From: Acidobacteriota bacterium
Lineage (GTDB): Bacteria; Acidobacteriota; Blastocatellia; Pyrinomonadales; Pyrinomonadaceae
DNA length: 64,000 bases
NCBI GenBank assembly: GCA_031411895.1
Contig: JANOBZ010000181.1
Coordinates: 2,998 to 66,997, forward strand
Direction: 5' to 3'
Part shown: positions 54,334 to 63,445 of the stretch, piece by piece
Layout: the number at the start of each line of letters is the position of its first letter
How positions within the stretch are numbered: the first letter of the stretch is position 1
Translations under genes and position numbers: made by a program
The notes under the pieces: generated by a model
What the model was told of the DNA's origin: nothing
The model's input: only the letters and a program-made list of their open reading frames with translations
The model's database searches: none

Positions 54334-55068
54334 ATGAATGAAGTTGATATTCTTGCGATTTTCGCACACCCGGACGATGTCGAACTGACGGTCGGCGGAA
54401 CGCTTTTGAAAATGAAATCTCTCGGCTATAAAACCGGCGCTTTGGACGTTACGCAGGGCGAAATGGGGACGCGCGGGACGGTCGAGATTCGCGCGAAAGA
54501 AGCCGAAGAAGCGGCGCGAATCTTGAAACTCGACGTGCGCGAAAATCTCGGACTTCCCGACGGGCACGTTTTCGTGACCGACGAAGAACGTACGCAGATG
54601 GTCAGAGTTTTGCGGCGTTTGAAGCCGAAAGTTCTTCTCACGCATCAACTGGACGACCCGCACCCGGATCATAATCACATCGCGCATCTCGTCCGCGAAG
54701 CGGCGCGGCTCGCCTCGATGCAGAAATACGACGGCGCTTTCGGGCAGGAACGGATAAAAGTTCCGATGGTCGCGCACAATATTTTTTCGCAGCGCGTCGA
54801 GCCGTCGTTTATTGTGGATATTTCAGAATTTATGGACGAAAAAACCGCCGCCATTCGCGCTCATTCGTCGCAGTTTTACAATCCCGATTCCAGCGAGCCG
54901 GAAACGCGCCTGACGAGTAAGGATTTTATCGTCGAACTCGAAAACCGCTCGCGCTATTTCGGAAGCCTCATCGGAGTTGCGGCGGGCGAACCGTTTTTCG
55001 TTCGCGAAGTCTTAAACGTCGAAGACCCGATTTCCCTTTTAACCCGCCCGATGAATCTTTATTCGTAA
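54334..55068 (+). CDS. bshB1: PIG-L/LmbE family N-acetylglucosaminyl deacetylase, BshB1-like
   Basis: ILAIFAHPDDVELTVGGTLLK...G..DVT.GEMGTRG...R..EA, HPDH motifs. Confidence 0.75.
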   Translation: MNEVDILAIFAHPDDVELTVGGTLLKMKSLGYKTGALDVTQGEMGTRGTVEIRAKEAEEAARILKLDVRENLGLPDGHVFVTDEERTQMVRVLRRLKPKVLLTHQLDDPHPDHNHIAHLVREAARLASMQKYDGAFGQERIKVPMVAHNIFSQRVEPSFIVDISEFMDEKTAAIRAHSSQFYNPDSSEPETRLTSKDFIVELENRSRYFGSLIGVAAGEPFFVREVLNVEDPISLLTRPMNLYS

Positions 55069-55075
55069 TTTTTTT

Positions 55076-55205
55076 AGCCGCGGATCAACGCGGACCAGCG
55101 CGGATTAAAACTTAGCGTCTTTGCGGGAAATAATCACTTTTTTCCCGCAAAGACGCAAAGACGCTAAGAAAGAGTTAAAATACTAATCCGCGCTGGTCCG
55201 CGGCT
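55076..55205. repeat. Nested composite: CGCGGA-family hairpin with a GCAAAGACGC-family hairpin in its loop
   Basis: AGCCGCGGATCAACGCGGACCAGCGCGGATT ... [CTTAGCGTCTTTGCGGGAA ... TTCCCGCAAAGACGCAAAGACGCTAAG] ... AATCCGCGCTGGTCCGCGGCT. Confidence 0.9.
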
Positions 55206-55301
55206 AATATTTTTTGATACTTTCTATAATCAATCTGCGCGTTAAATATTACCGGACAATTTATCCGGCAATATTTTTGTTTTCAAAGGAGATTTATAAC
55301 A

Positions 55302-56342
55302 ATGGACGCAGTTTCCCCGCAATTAGAACAACCAGAAATGCCGCCCGAAGCGGTGATGATGCAGATGATGATGGGCTTTATCGTTTCGCAGGGCATTTCG
55401 GTCGCCGCCAAACTTTATCTTGCCGACCGGCTCGCCGACGGCGCGAAAACGCTTAGCCAGCTAGCCGCCGCCGCGAATACGCACGAGCCGTCGCTTTATC
55501 GCCTTTTGCGCGCTTTGACGAGCGTCGGCGTTTTTCAAAAGAATTCGGACGGGCATTATGAAAATTCGCCGCTCTCGGAAACGCTTCGTTCGGACAATCC
55601 GCATTCGCTGCGCGCGGCGGCGCATATGATCTGCGACCGCGAACACTGGAATTCGCACGGCAATCTGCTGCACAGCGTCAAAACCGGCGAAACCGCTTTC
55701 GATCACACTTTCGGAATGCCGGTCTTCCCGTATTTCGCCGAAAACCCGCAAGTTGCCGAGATTTTCGATAACGCGATGACGAGCTTCAGCGCGCCCGTCG
55801 CCGCCGCAGTCGCCGCCGTTTACGATTTTTCCGACGCCGAAACGATCGCCGACATCGGCGGCGGGCACGGGCTTTTGCTCGCGACGGCGTTAAAAACAAA
55901 TCCGGACGCGAAAGGAATTTTGTTCGACCAGCCGCAGGTCGTCGAAGGCGCGGGCAAAATTTTAGAAGTCGAAGGCGTCGCCGAAAGAGTCTCGACGATC
56001 GGCGGCAACTTTTTCGAATCGGTTGCGGTCGAAGCCGACGTTTATCTGATGAAATTCATCATTCACGACTGGAACGACGAGCAGTCAATCCGGATTTTGA
56101 GCAATATCGCCGAATCAGCCAAACCGGGCGCGCGGCTTCTGCTCGTCGAAACCGTCGTCGAAGAAGACGATTCGATTGCTTCGATGAGCAAAGTAATGGA
56201 TTTAAATATGCTCGCGATGACCTCGGGCAAAGAGCGCACCGCAACCGAATACGCCGCATTGTTCGAAAAAACCGGATTCAAATTAACCCGCGTTATCCCG
56301 ACGACTTCGCCGATGCAGATCGTCGAAGCCGTGCGTTTATAA
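55302..56342 (+). CDS. Class I SAM-dependent O-methyltransferase (dimerisation domain + Methyltransf_2)
   Basis: LFD..A.G..T..ELA N-terminal wHTH-like part, DIGGGHG motif I, IIHDWNDE motif. Confidence 0.85.
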   Translation: MDAVSPQLEQPEMPPEAVMMQMMMGFIVSQGISVAAKLYLADRLADGAKTLSQLAAAANTHEPSLYRLLRALTSVGVFQKNSDGHYENSPLSETLRSDNPHSLRAAAHMICDREHWNSHGNLLHSVKTGETAFDHTFGMPVFPYFAENPQVAEIFDNAMTSFSAPVAAAVAAVYDFSDAETIADIGGGHGLLLATALKTNPDAKGILFDQPQVVEGAGKILEVEGVAERVSTIGGNFFESVAVEADVYLMKFIIHDWNDEQSIRILSNIAESAKPGARLLLVETVVEEDDSIASMSKVMDLNMLAMTSGKERTATEYAALFEKTGFKLTRVIPTTSPMQIVEAVRL

Positions 56343-56356
56343 GTTTTTTTTAGATT

Positions 56357-56427
56357 AGCCACGAATGGCACAAATAGCACGAATAAAGCTTTAGTTTTTA
56401 TTCGTGTTATTTGTGCCATTCGTGGCT
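56357..56427. repeat. Tandem-unit hairpin element (AGCC-CACGAAT family)
   Basis: AGCCACGAATGGCACAAATAGCACGAAT - loop - ATTCGTGTTATTTGTGCCATTCGTGGCT. Confidence 0.9.
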
Positions 56428-56544
56428 AATTCCTGTTTCTTCTTCGCGAAAAATTTTGTCACAAAATTCCCGCCGCCGGTGTTTTCATCACAGAACGCAC
56501 ATTCTGCGAAGAAATAATTTATAAACTTGGAGGGATTTTTTGTG

Positions 56545-57402
56545 ATGTTTAATTCAAATAAAATACGTTTCTGCTTTTATGGTTTCTTAATGCTTGCTTT
56601 TGTTTTGACGGGCGTGGACGTTTCCGCGCAGGATAAAGATAAAGAAAAAAACAAATCGCGTTACAGCAATGAGTTTTGCTCGAACAACTGGTCGAACGGC
56701 GACAAGGTTTCGGGCAGCGAACTGCGCGAAACGACCGTTTCGGGCGGAAGCCTCACGGTTGACGGCAAACGCAACGGCGGAATCCGCGTCAAAGGCGAAA
56801 ACCGCTCGGATATTTTGATCCGCGCCTGTATTCAAACCTGGGGCAGTTCGGCGGAAGAAGCCGCGCAATTAGCAAAAAGCATCCGCATCGAAACCGGCGG
56901 AACCGTGCGCGCCGAAGGCGTACGCGAAGAAAACGGCTGGTCGGTTTCGTACCAGATTCTCGTTCCGCGCAATACGAATCTTAAATTAACGACGATGAAC
57001 GGCGGCATCTCGATCGCCGACGTCGAAGGAACGATCGAATTCGAAGCCAAAAACGGCGGCATACACCTGAGCAATCTCGCCGGCGACGTGAAAGGCAGAA
57101 CGACCAACGGCGGTCTGCACATCGAATTGACCGGCAATACCTGGAAAGGAAACGGCATTGACGTCGAAACCACGAACGGCGGCGTTCATCTTTCGATGAG
57201 CGAAACCTACGCGGCGCGTTTCGAAACCCGCACCGTCAACGGCGGCTTCAAATCCGACATCGCCGCGCTCGCGGTCGAAAAAAATGAAGACGAAAACGGC
57301 TATCGTCGCCCGGGCGTCGACATCAAACGCGACATCAACGGCGGCGGCGCTTTGGTACGAATCCTAACCACTAACGGCGGCGTCAAGATCGGCTCGAACT
57401 AA
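56545..57402 (+). CDS. DUF4097-like (putative adhesin) beta-helix repeat protein
   Basis: Signal peptide then repeated TxNGGI(H/S)(I/L) units (TMNGGISIA, AKNGGIHLS, TTNGGLHIE, TTNGGVHLS, TTNGGVKIG). Confidence 0.7.
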   Translation: MFNSNKIRFCFYGFLMLAFVLTGVDVSAQDKDKEKNKSRYSNEFCSNNWSNGDKVSGSELRETTVSGGSLTVDGKRNGGIRVKGENRSDILIRACIQTWGSSAEEAAQLAKSIRIETGGTVRAEGVREENGWSVSYQILVPRNTNLKLTTMNGGISIADVEGTIEFEAKNGGIHLSNLAGDVKGRTTNGGLHIELTGNTWKGNGIDVETTNGGVHLSMSETYAARFETRTVNGGFKSDIAALAVEKNEDENGYRRPGVDIKRDINGGGALVRILTTNGGVKIGSN

Positions 57403-57432
57403 ACCTCGGAAAATCGAGTTATAATAAGTAAA

Positions 57433-57474
57433 GTAAAAAGGCGCATCGTTTTATAAAACGATGCGCCTTTTTAC
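57433..57474. terminator. Bidirectional terminator / GTAAAAAG-family hairpin
   Basis: Perfect palindrome GTAAAAAGGCGCATCGTTTTA / TAAAACGATGCGCCTTTTTAC between convergent genes. Confidence 0.7.
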
Positions 57475-57490
57475 TTTGATAAATATTTGC

Positions 57491-58600
57491 TTACGAAGCG
57501 TTCAGCAGATTATTAATCATCATCAGCGAGTCGGCTGAAATTCCGCCTTTGTGAGCGCCGAGTTGGACGCCGATTTTTTCCGCTTTAACGATTTGCAGCA
57601 ATTGCGCGCGCTTGATTTTATAAATCAGAAGCTCCGAAACCGAGTTCATATTTTCGCGCGTAAAGCGTTTGGCTTTGCCGAGCGCGAATTTTTGCGAGTC
57701 CGCCGAAATTATCAGGTTATTCGATTTAACGAACTGGTAATTTTTCGCAGTAATGATGAATCCGACGACATATATGCTCTCTTCGATGTTCGTTTTATCG
57801 CCCCGGTAAAGGTAAAAAAGGCGGCTGTCTACTTTCTGCAAAAAGTTTGAGTTCGGAAAATCCAGATAAATGCTCGGCGTCGAAATATGACCGATCCGGT
57901 CGGTCGGGTCGTAGCCCGCGCGCAGACCGCCGAAACCGAGCGGCTGGTCGAAATCGTTCGCGCCGCCGACGTCCGCCCACATTTCCATCTGCGGCATCAC
58001 CTGCGGGCGCACCGGAACTTTCTTCCGGCTTTCCATTTCGCGAACAAAGGCGGCTTGCTTGGCGGCTTCCGCGTCTTTACGGCGCTGAATAGCGGCTTGT
58101 TCGGCGCGAAATTCCCACGACGGCTGTAAGTCCGTCCGGCTCCAAACGCCGCGTTTTTCCGCCTTCGCCTGCGATTCATTGTCTATATAAACGAGGCTTT
58201 CCGCCGGGTCCTGACCGCTTTGTTCGGGAATCGAATACCACGCCGCTCCGTCGCGCAGCATCTGCTGGCTGATGTCGACGCCTTTGATCAAAAGCTGTCC
58301 GGCGGTGCGGTCTTTCATCACGATGCGCGGCAGAAATTCGACCGTTTTACCGAGCACGAGTTTTTGCAGATGATCTTTGACGGTTTGATAAAGCGGCTGC
58401 GCGGGGTCGGGAATTTCGATATACTGCAAAACCACCGTGACCTTTCTGCCCGACATTTGAACGACGCAGGTTCGACCGTCGATCACTTCCGTGACCATTC
58501 CGGCGAATTTCCGCTGCGGGTAAGCGGAAATCGCGGTCAGAAAGAGAACGACGGCGATGAAAATGAAGGGCTTCAGATTTTCTTTAAAACTTTCTTTCAT
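57491..58600 (-). CDS. Secreted/anchored protein with staphylococcal-nuclease-like (OB-fold) N-terminal domain and unknown C-terminal domain
   Basis: G.V.EVIDG.T..V......V.V.L..I..P........K..L..LVLGKTV......KDR..R..G.L...G.D....ML..G.AW pattern; overlaps regulator stop by 1 nt. Confidence 0.6.
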   Translation of the reverse strand: MKESFKENLKPFIFIAVVLFLTAISAYPQRKFAGMVTEVIDGRTCVVQMSGRKVTVVLQYIEIPDPAQPLYQTVKDHLQKLVLGKTVEFLPRIVMKDRTAGQLLIKGVDISQQMLRDGAAWYSIPEQSGQDPAESLVYIDNESQAKAEKRGVWSRTDLQPSWEFRAEQAAIQRRKDAEAAKQAAFVREMESRKKVPVRPQVMPQMEMWADVGGANDFDQPLGFGGLRAGYDPTDRIGHISTPSIYLDFPNSNFLQKVDSRLFYLYRGDKTNIEESIYVVGFIITAKNYQFVKSNNLIISADSQKFALGKAKRFTRENMNSVSELLIYKIKRAQLLQIVKAEKIGVQLGAHKGGISADSLMMINNLLNAS

Positions 58601-59994
58601 TATCTTGTTTCCAAATCGTATTCGCGCAGGCGGCGGTAAAGCGTCGAAGGCGAAATGCCCAGAAGTTCGGCGGTTTTGCCGCGATGCCAGCCGGTTTTTT
58701 CGAGCGCGTGGATAATTTGCTGGCGCTCGACATCGCGCAGAGCGGTCGGCGACGAAGCGTTTTGAAACGAGCTGATCGCGGGTTCGCTCGGTTCGTTGTA
58801 ACTGACGGAAACGCTCGGCTCGGTCATTTTATAGACGACTTCGGGCGGCAGTTCCTTGATCGTGATGCGACCGTTATCGCACAAAAGCGCGGCGCGTTCG
58901 AGACAATTGCGAAGCTGGCGAACATTGCCCGACCAGTTGAACGAACAAAGCGCGTCGATCGCTTGCGGCGCGAGTTCGGGCGCGTTCGCACCGGCGAGCT
59001 TGTGCAGAATATGTTTGGCTAACGGCTCGATATCTTCGCGGCGTTCGCGAAGCGGCGGAATGTGAATCTCGAAGCTGTTGACGCGGTAAAGCAGATCGGC
59101 GCGGAAGATTCCGTCCGCAACGGCGCGTTTCGTGTTGCGATTCGTCGCGGCAATGAGCCGCACGTCAACCTCGACCTTTTTGACGCCGCCGACGCGGAAA
59201 AACGAACGCGTTTCAAGCGCGCGTAAAAGCTTCGACTGCAAATTCATCGGCATTTCCATGATCTCGTCGAGGAAAAGCGAACCGCTGTCGGCAATCTCGA
59301 ACAAGCCTAATTTTCGCCCGCGCGCGCCCGAAAACGCGCCCGCTTCGTGTCCAAAAAGTTCGGATTCGAGCAGATTATCCTGCAAAGCGGCGCAGTTTAA
59401 GTCAATAAACGTTTTATCGTGGCGGCGGCTCAAACGATGAATCGCCTGCGCGATCAGCTCTTTTCCCGTCCCGGATTCGCCGGTAATCAGCACCGACGTA
59501 TCGGAAACCGCGACGCGCTGGACGAGCCGCAAAACTTCTTTCATCTGCGACGATTCAGCGACGATTTCGGGCAATCCCTGTGTGGTGCGCTCGATCTGCG
59601 CGCGCAGGCGCTGATTATCGACCTTGAGTTTTTGTTTTTCAGCCGCCTGCTGGACGAGCACCGCGAGTTCCGTGATGCGGTAGGGTTTCGTCAAATAATC
59701 ATACGCGCCGAGCTTCATCGCCTCGATCGCTGATTCGACCGTCGCCTGTCCGGTCAGCATAATCACTTCGGGCGGATTCTGCGATTTGTCGCGCAGACGG
59801 CGCAGAAGTCCGAGACCGTCGAGGCGCGGCATATTTATGTCGCACAAAATGACATCGAAATCTTCGTGTTCAAGAGATTCCCAAGCCGCTTCGCCGTCCG
59901 AAGCCGTTTCGACCTCGTGCCCCTGACGGCTCAATTCCTTTTGCACGACAAGGCGCAAATTGCTTTCATCATCAACTACTAAAAGTTTTGCCAT
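58600..59994 (-). CDS. Sigma-54-dependent response regulator (NtrC family)
   Basis: Receiver LVVDDE...D..MP; AAA+ GESGTGKE, GAFSGA, ESELFGHE; C-terminal Fis-type HTH. Confidence 0.9.
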   Translation of the reverse strand: MAKLLVVDDESNLRLVVQKELSRQGHEVETASDGEAAWESLEHEDFDVILCDINMPRLDGLGLLRRLRDKSQNPPEVIMLTGQATVESAIEAMKLGAYDYLTKPYRITELAVLVQQAAEKQKLKVDNQRLRAQIERTTQGLPEIVAESSQMKEVLRLVQRVAVSDTSVLITGESGTGKELIAQAIHRLSRRHDKTFIDLNCAALQDNLLESELFGHEAGAFSGARGRKLGLFEIADSGSLFLDEIMEMPMNLQSKLLRALETRSFFRVGGVKKVEVDVRLIAATNRNTKRAVADGIFRADLLYRVNSFEIHIPPLRERREDIEPLAKHILHKLAGANAPELAPQAIDALCSFNWSGNVRQLRNCLERAALLCDNGRITIKELPPEVVYKMTEPSVSVSYNEPSEPAISSFQNASSPTALRDVERQQIIHALEKTGWHRGKTAELLGISPSTLYRRLREYDLETR

Positions 59995-60004
59995 AATTGT
60001 TTAA

Positions 60005-60107
60005 GTTTATTGAGTTTGTTGAGTTCTTTGAGTTCATAGAGTTGAAGAAGTTCATTTACTCTATGAACTCTACAAACTCAATAAACTCTATGAACTCAAA
60101 GAACTCT
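60005..60107. repeat. Tandem-unit hairpin element (GAGTT(T/C)nn family) between kinase and regulator genes
   Basis: GTTTATTGAGTTTGTTGAGTTCTTTGAGTTCATAGAGT - loop - ACTCTATGAACTCTACAAACTCAATAAACTCTATGAACTCAAAGAACTC. Confidence 0.9.
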
Positions 60108-61787
60108 TTACCATTGTTTCTGGAGTGGTAGAAAAATCGTGAAGGTCGTGCCGACGCCGACGTTTGAACGCACCGACAGGCGTCCGCCGTGTTCGGTAAC
60201 GATGCCGTAACAAACGGCTAATCCGAGTCCGGTTCCTTTGCCGACCTCTTTGGTCGTATAAAACGGCTCGAAAACTTTTGAAAGATTTTCGGGCGCGATG
60301 CCGACACCCGAATCCTGAATTTCGATAATCACGCGGTTGTTCGAAGGCTTCGCGCGAAAAGTGAGCGTTCCGCCGTTCGGCATCGCGTCAATCGCGTTGG
60401 TCGCGAGCGCGATGATCGCCTGCTGAATCTGCCCGTGGTCGGCGTTGATCTGCGGAAGATTTTCTTCGAGTTCGAATTTGATATTGATGTCGCTGCCGCG
60501 TTTTTGATGCGCGACGAGATTTGCCGAAGATTTGACTAAATCAGGCACGTCAGTCATCAGGCGGTTGCTCGTCCGCACGCGGCTGAAATCGAGTAATCCG
60601 TTGGTAATCGCCTTGCAGCGAAACGCCTCGCTCCGGATCAGCCCGAGATATTCGTGCAGATCGTCAACCTCCGTTGATTCGCCGAACGCGCCTTCTTCGA
60701 CGCGCGATTCTAAGGATTCGGCGCAGGCGGAAATCGTCGCGAGAGGATTGTTTATTTCGTGAACGACGCCTGCCGCAAGGCGTCCGACCGCCGCCAATTT
60801 TTCGGCGCGTCCGGCGGCGTGAATCGCATCAACGCGCATCGTCACGTCTTCGCCGACCGTGATTACGTGCGTTACTTCGTTCGTCGTTTCGTCGCGCATC
60901 GGAATTTTGCTGACCATCCAATGCTGCGTCGCACCGGATTGGTCAACCGTCTGCTGTTCGATGCGCTCGATGTGTCCCGTTCTGAAGGCGCGCTCGAATT
61001 CCTGCTTGAGGCGGCTTTGCGGATATTTTGCGAAAACCTGAAAAACATTGCGCCCGATCACCGCTTCGCGCGGCATTCCCTGCGCGCCGATTTCTCTTTG
61101 CCGGTTCCACGTCACGATCTTAAATTCCCGGTCAATGACGTAGATCGAAACCGGCAGCGCGTCCAGAACGGATTCGGTAAATTTGCGGTGTTCTTCGCGC
61201 GCCTGATTGATCGAAACGTTGATCGCCGATTCGTAATGCGCCGAAAGATTGATGCTCATCGCCGCCATCTGCGTCGCCGCGTCAATCAAGCGTTTAGCGA
61301 TCTCGCCGCAATCTTTTTTCGCCCGAAAACCGACGATCACCGAGCCTTTCACCTCGCCGTTGATATGCAGCGGCGAAACGTATTCAAACTCGTGAGCATT
61401 CTCGTTCAGAAAAAATTCCGCGTCCGATTCAGTCCAGACCGAAATCTGCGCCGGCAGAATTTCGAGCCATTTTTCAAAGCGTTTGCGATGCAGAATGTCT
61501 TGTTTTCCCGCTTCGCTCGCCGCCGTAAAGATGCCGCTCACCAAACCGATCTGTTCGAGCTCGACAACGACCGCGCAGACACTCGCGCGCGTTTCGCGGC
61601 AAATCGCTTCCGCGACGCGCAACGCGACCTTTTTCGGGTGAACCGTGACGAGCAAACTTCGTCCAAGCTCGGTAATGAATTTTAATTCTGAAGAAGCCTC
61701 GGATTCCTTCGCCATCAAAGAGAAGGATTTCGATGCTTTATTTATCGGCTTAGGGGATAACATTATTGATTTATTAAATTTTGACAA
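60108..61787 (-). CDS. Sensor histidine kinase (GAF-like + PAS + HisKA + HATPase_c)
   Basis: H-box AAGVVHEINNPL, N-box NAIDAM, G-boxes QDSGVGI / GKGTGLGLAV; start uncertain (ATG 61787, 61763 or 61715). Confidence 0.85.
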   Translation of the reverse strand: MSKFNKSIMLSPKPINKASKSFSLMAKESEASSELKFITELGRSLLVTVHPKKVALRVAEAICRETRASVCAVVVELEQIGLVSGIFTAASEAGKQDILHRKRFEKWLEILPAQISVWTESDAEFFLNENAHEFEYVSPLHINGEVKGSVIVGFRAKKDCGEIAKRLIDAATQMAAMSINLSAHYESAINVSINQAREEHRKFTESVLDALPVSIYVIDREFKIVTWNRQREIGAQGMPREAVIGRNVFQVFAKYPQSRLKQEFERAFRTGHIERIEQQTVDQSGATQHWMVSKIPMRDETTNEVTHVITVGEDVTMRVDAIHAAGRAEKLAAVGRLAAGVVHEINNPLATISACAESLESRVEEGAFGESTEVDDLHEYLGLIRSEAFRCKAITNGLLDFSRVRTSNRLMTDVPDLVKSSANLVAHQKRGSDINIKFELEENLPQINADHGQIQQAIIALATNAIDAMPNGGTLTFRAKPSNNRVIIEIQDSGVGIAPENLSKVFEPFYTTKEVGKGTGLGLAVCYGIVTEHGGRLSVRSNVGVGTTFTIFLPLQKQW

Positions 61788-61967
61788 ATCTTTACTGAGA
61801 ATTTGTCATCAGAGAGGATAGAAGGGATATTCGGAAAGCGACAAGTTTGTAAAAAACTCCCTACTAAATTAAAAAGTATTTTAAACTTTTTGTCAATGGT
61901 TTTAACACATTGTGCAAAACAAATATTTGACAGTTTTCGGCGATAAAACGAAAATAGAAAAAGCGTT

Positions 61968-62669
61968 ATGAAAATGAACTTTTTGCGGGTAAGAAAATTT
62001 GTCTTGTGTCTTTTGCTGATTCTGCCGTTTTTCTTTTCGGGCGCACAGGAATCGAGCGCGCAGGAAATCGTTGACCGCACGATCGCGACGGTTGACGACA
62101 GCGTCGGGCAGCCTGAATTAATCACATATTCCGATCTGCTCTGGCAGCTTGCCCTGCAGCCGAATGTTTCGATTACGCCGCCAAGCTCGGAAGACTTAAA
62201 CCGCGCCCTGCAATTACTTATCAACCAGCGTCTGATCGCGCTCGAAGCCGAACGCCTGCCGCGCTCTGAGCCTAACGAAGCCGAAATAGACGCCAAGATC
62301 AAAGAAGTTCTCGCAAATTTCCCGTCGACCGCCGAATTCGAAAAACGTCTGCGGCAGGTCGGGTTCGATTCGGTCAAGGACGATAATTTCGTGCGCATGA
62401 TGGCGCAGCGCGTGAAGATCGAAAAATACTTAGATTTCCGCTTTCGCTCGTTCGTCGTCATCACGCCCGAAACGGAAGCGACATATTACCGCGACACATA
62501 CGTTCCCGATTTTCGCCGCCGTTTCCCTGGCGTGATCGTCCCGACGCTCGATGAAAAACGCGTCGAGATCAACCAGATTCTGACCGAAGAAAAGATCGCG
62601 CAGGACATCGAAAAATTTCTCGACGAATCGAAACGCCGCTCCGAAATCGTCGTCCTGAACGCGGTTTAG
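61968..62669 (+). CDS. SurA N-terminal-domain-like periplasmic chaperone
   Basis: Signal peptide; IVDRTIATVDD..........L resembles the SurA_N region; no PPIase signature seen. Confidence 0.6.
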   Translation: MKMNFLRVRKFVLCLLLILPFFFSGAQESSAQEIVDRTIATVDDSVGQPELITYSDLLWQLALQPNVSITPPSSEDLNRALQLLINQRLIALEAERLPRSEPNEAEIDAKIKEVLANFPSTAEFEKRLRQVGFDSVKDDNFVRMMAQRVKIEKYLDFRFRSFVVITPETEATYYRDTYVPDFRRRFPGVIVPTLDEKRVEINQILTEEKIAQDIEKFLDESKRRSEIVVLNAV

Positions 62670-62739
62670 TTTCCCGCCGCTGCAACCAAATCTAAAATTC
62701 CGGGCATCTCAGAGAGAAATTCGAAACGATAAAAAGTTT

Positions 62740-63435
62740 ATGAAAAATTTTCTCTTTGCGGTTGCCCTTTCCATTTTTTGTTTAATTAGCACCAATCTCG
62801 CGCAGCAAAAACCGGCTGAAAAACAGTATGAATTCAAAGGCGTCGTGAAAACTCCGGACGATTCGGGTTTTGCGGGAATTCCTTTATATTTCAAAAACGG
62901 CGACAAATCAGATTTTGTTTCGACCGACATCAACGGCGAATTTTCGATTCCGCTTGCGCCCGGAAATTATGAAGTAACGGTCAGAAAAACGATTTCCGAA
63001 ACGTTTAAAGCCTTTATTTTCATCCAGGAAAACGGCTTGAACCCGCAGAACGTCGAATTCGTCGTCGAACCGAACCGGGTTTGCTGCGGCGATTCGACGG
63101 AAAAGCCTTATCCGAAAATTACGAAATTAGCGAAACCGCCATATCCTGCCGCCGCCCGAGCGGTTCGCGCAATCGGCGAAGTCGTCGTCGAAGTTAAAAT
63201 CGATAGAGAAGGAAAGGTCGCTGAGGCAAAAGCCGTCAGCGGTCATCCGCTTTTGCGAAAGGTTTCCGCAGATGCAGCCAGACAAAGTTTGTTTGAAGTT
63301 GCAGAAAGTGATGAAATCCGCGAAGTAAAACTAACCTTTGTGTTTTTTTCAGAGCAAACGGAGAAAAAGAGAAAACGCTATTCAAATCCTTACAGAGTCG
63401 AAATTATTAGTGAAGTATTAGGAATTGAGTATTAA
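62740..63435 (+). CDS. Secreted protein with carboxypeptidase-regulatory-like domain and TonB C-terminal domain
   Basis: Signal peptide; P.YP..A......GEVVVEVKIDREGKV..AKAVSGHPLL TonB_C-like motif. Confidence 0.65.
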   Translation: MKNFLFAVALSIFCLISTNLAQQKPAEKQYEFKGVVKTPDDSGFAGIPLYFKNGDKSDFVSTDINGEFSIPLAPGNYEVTVRKTISETFKAFIFIQENGLNPQNVEFVVEPNRVCCGDSTEKPYPKITKLAKPPYPAAARAVRAIGEVVVEVKIDREGKVAEAKAVSGHPLLRKVSADAARQSLFEVAESDEIREVKLTFVFFSEQTEKKRKRYSNPYRVEIISEVLGIEY

Positions 63436-63445
63436 GCTGTAAAAT

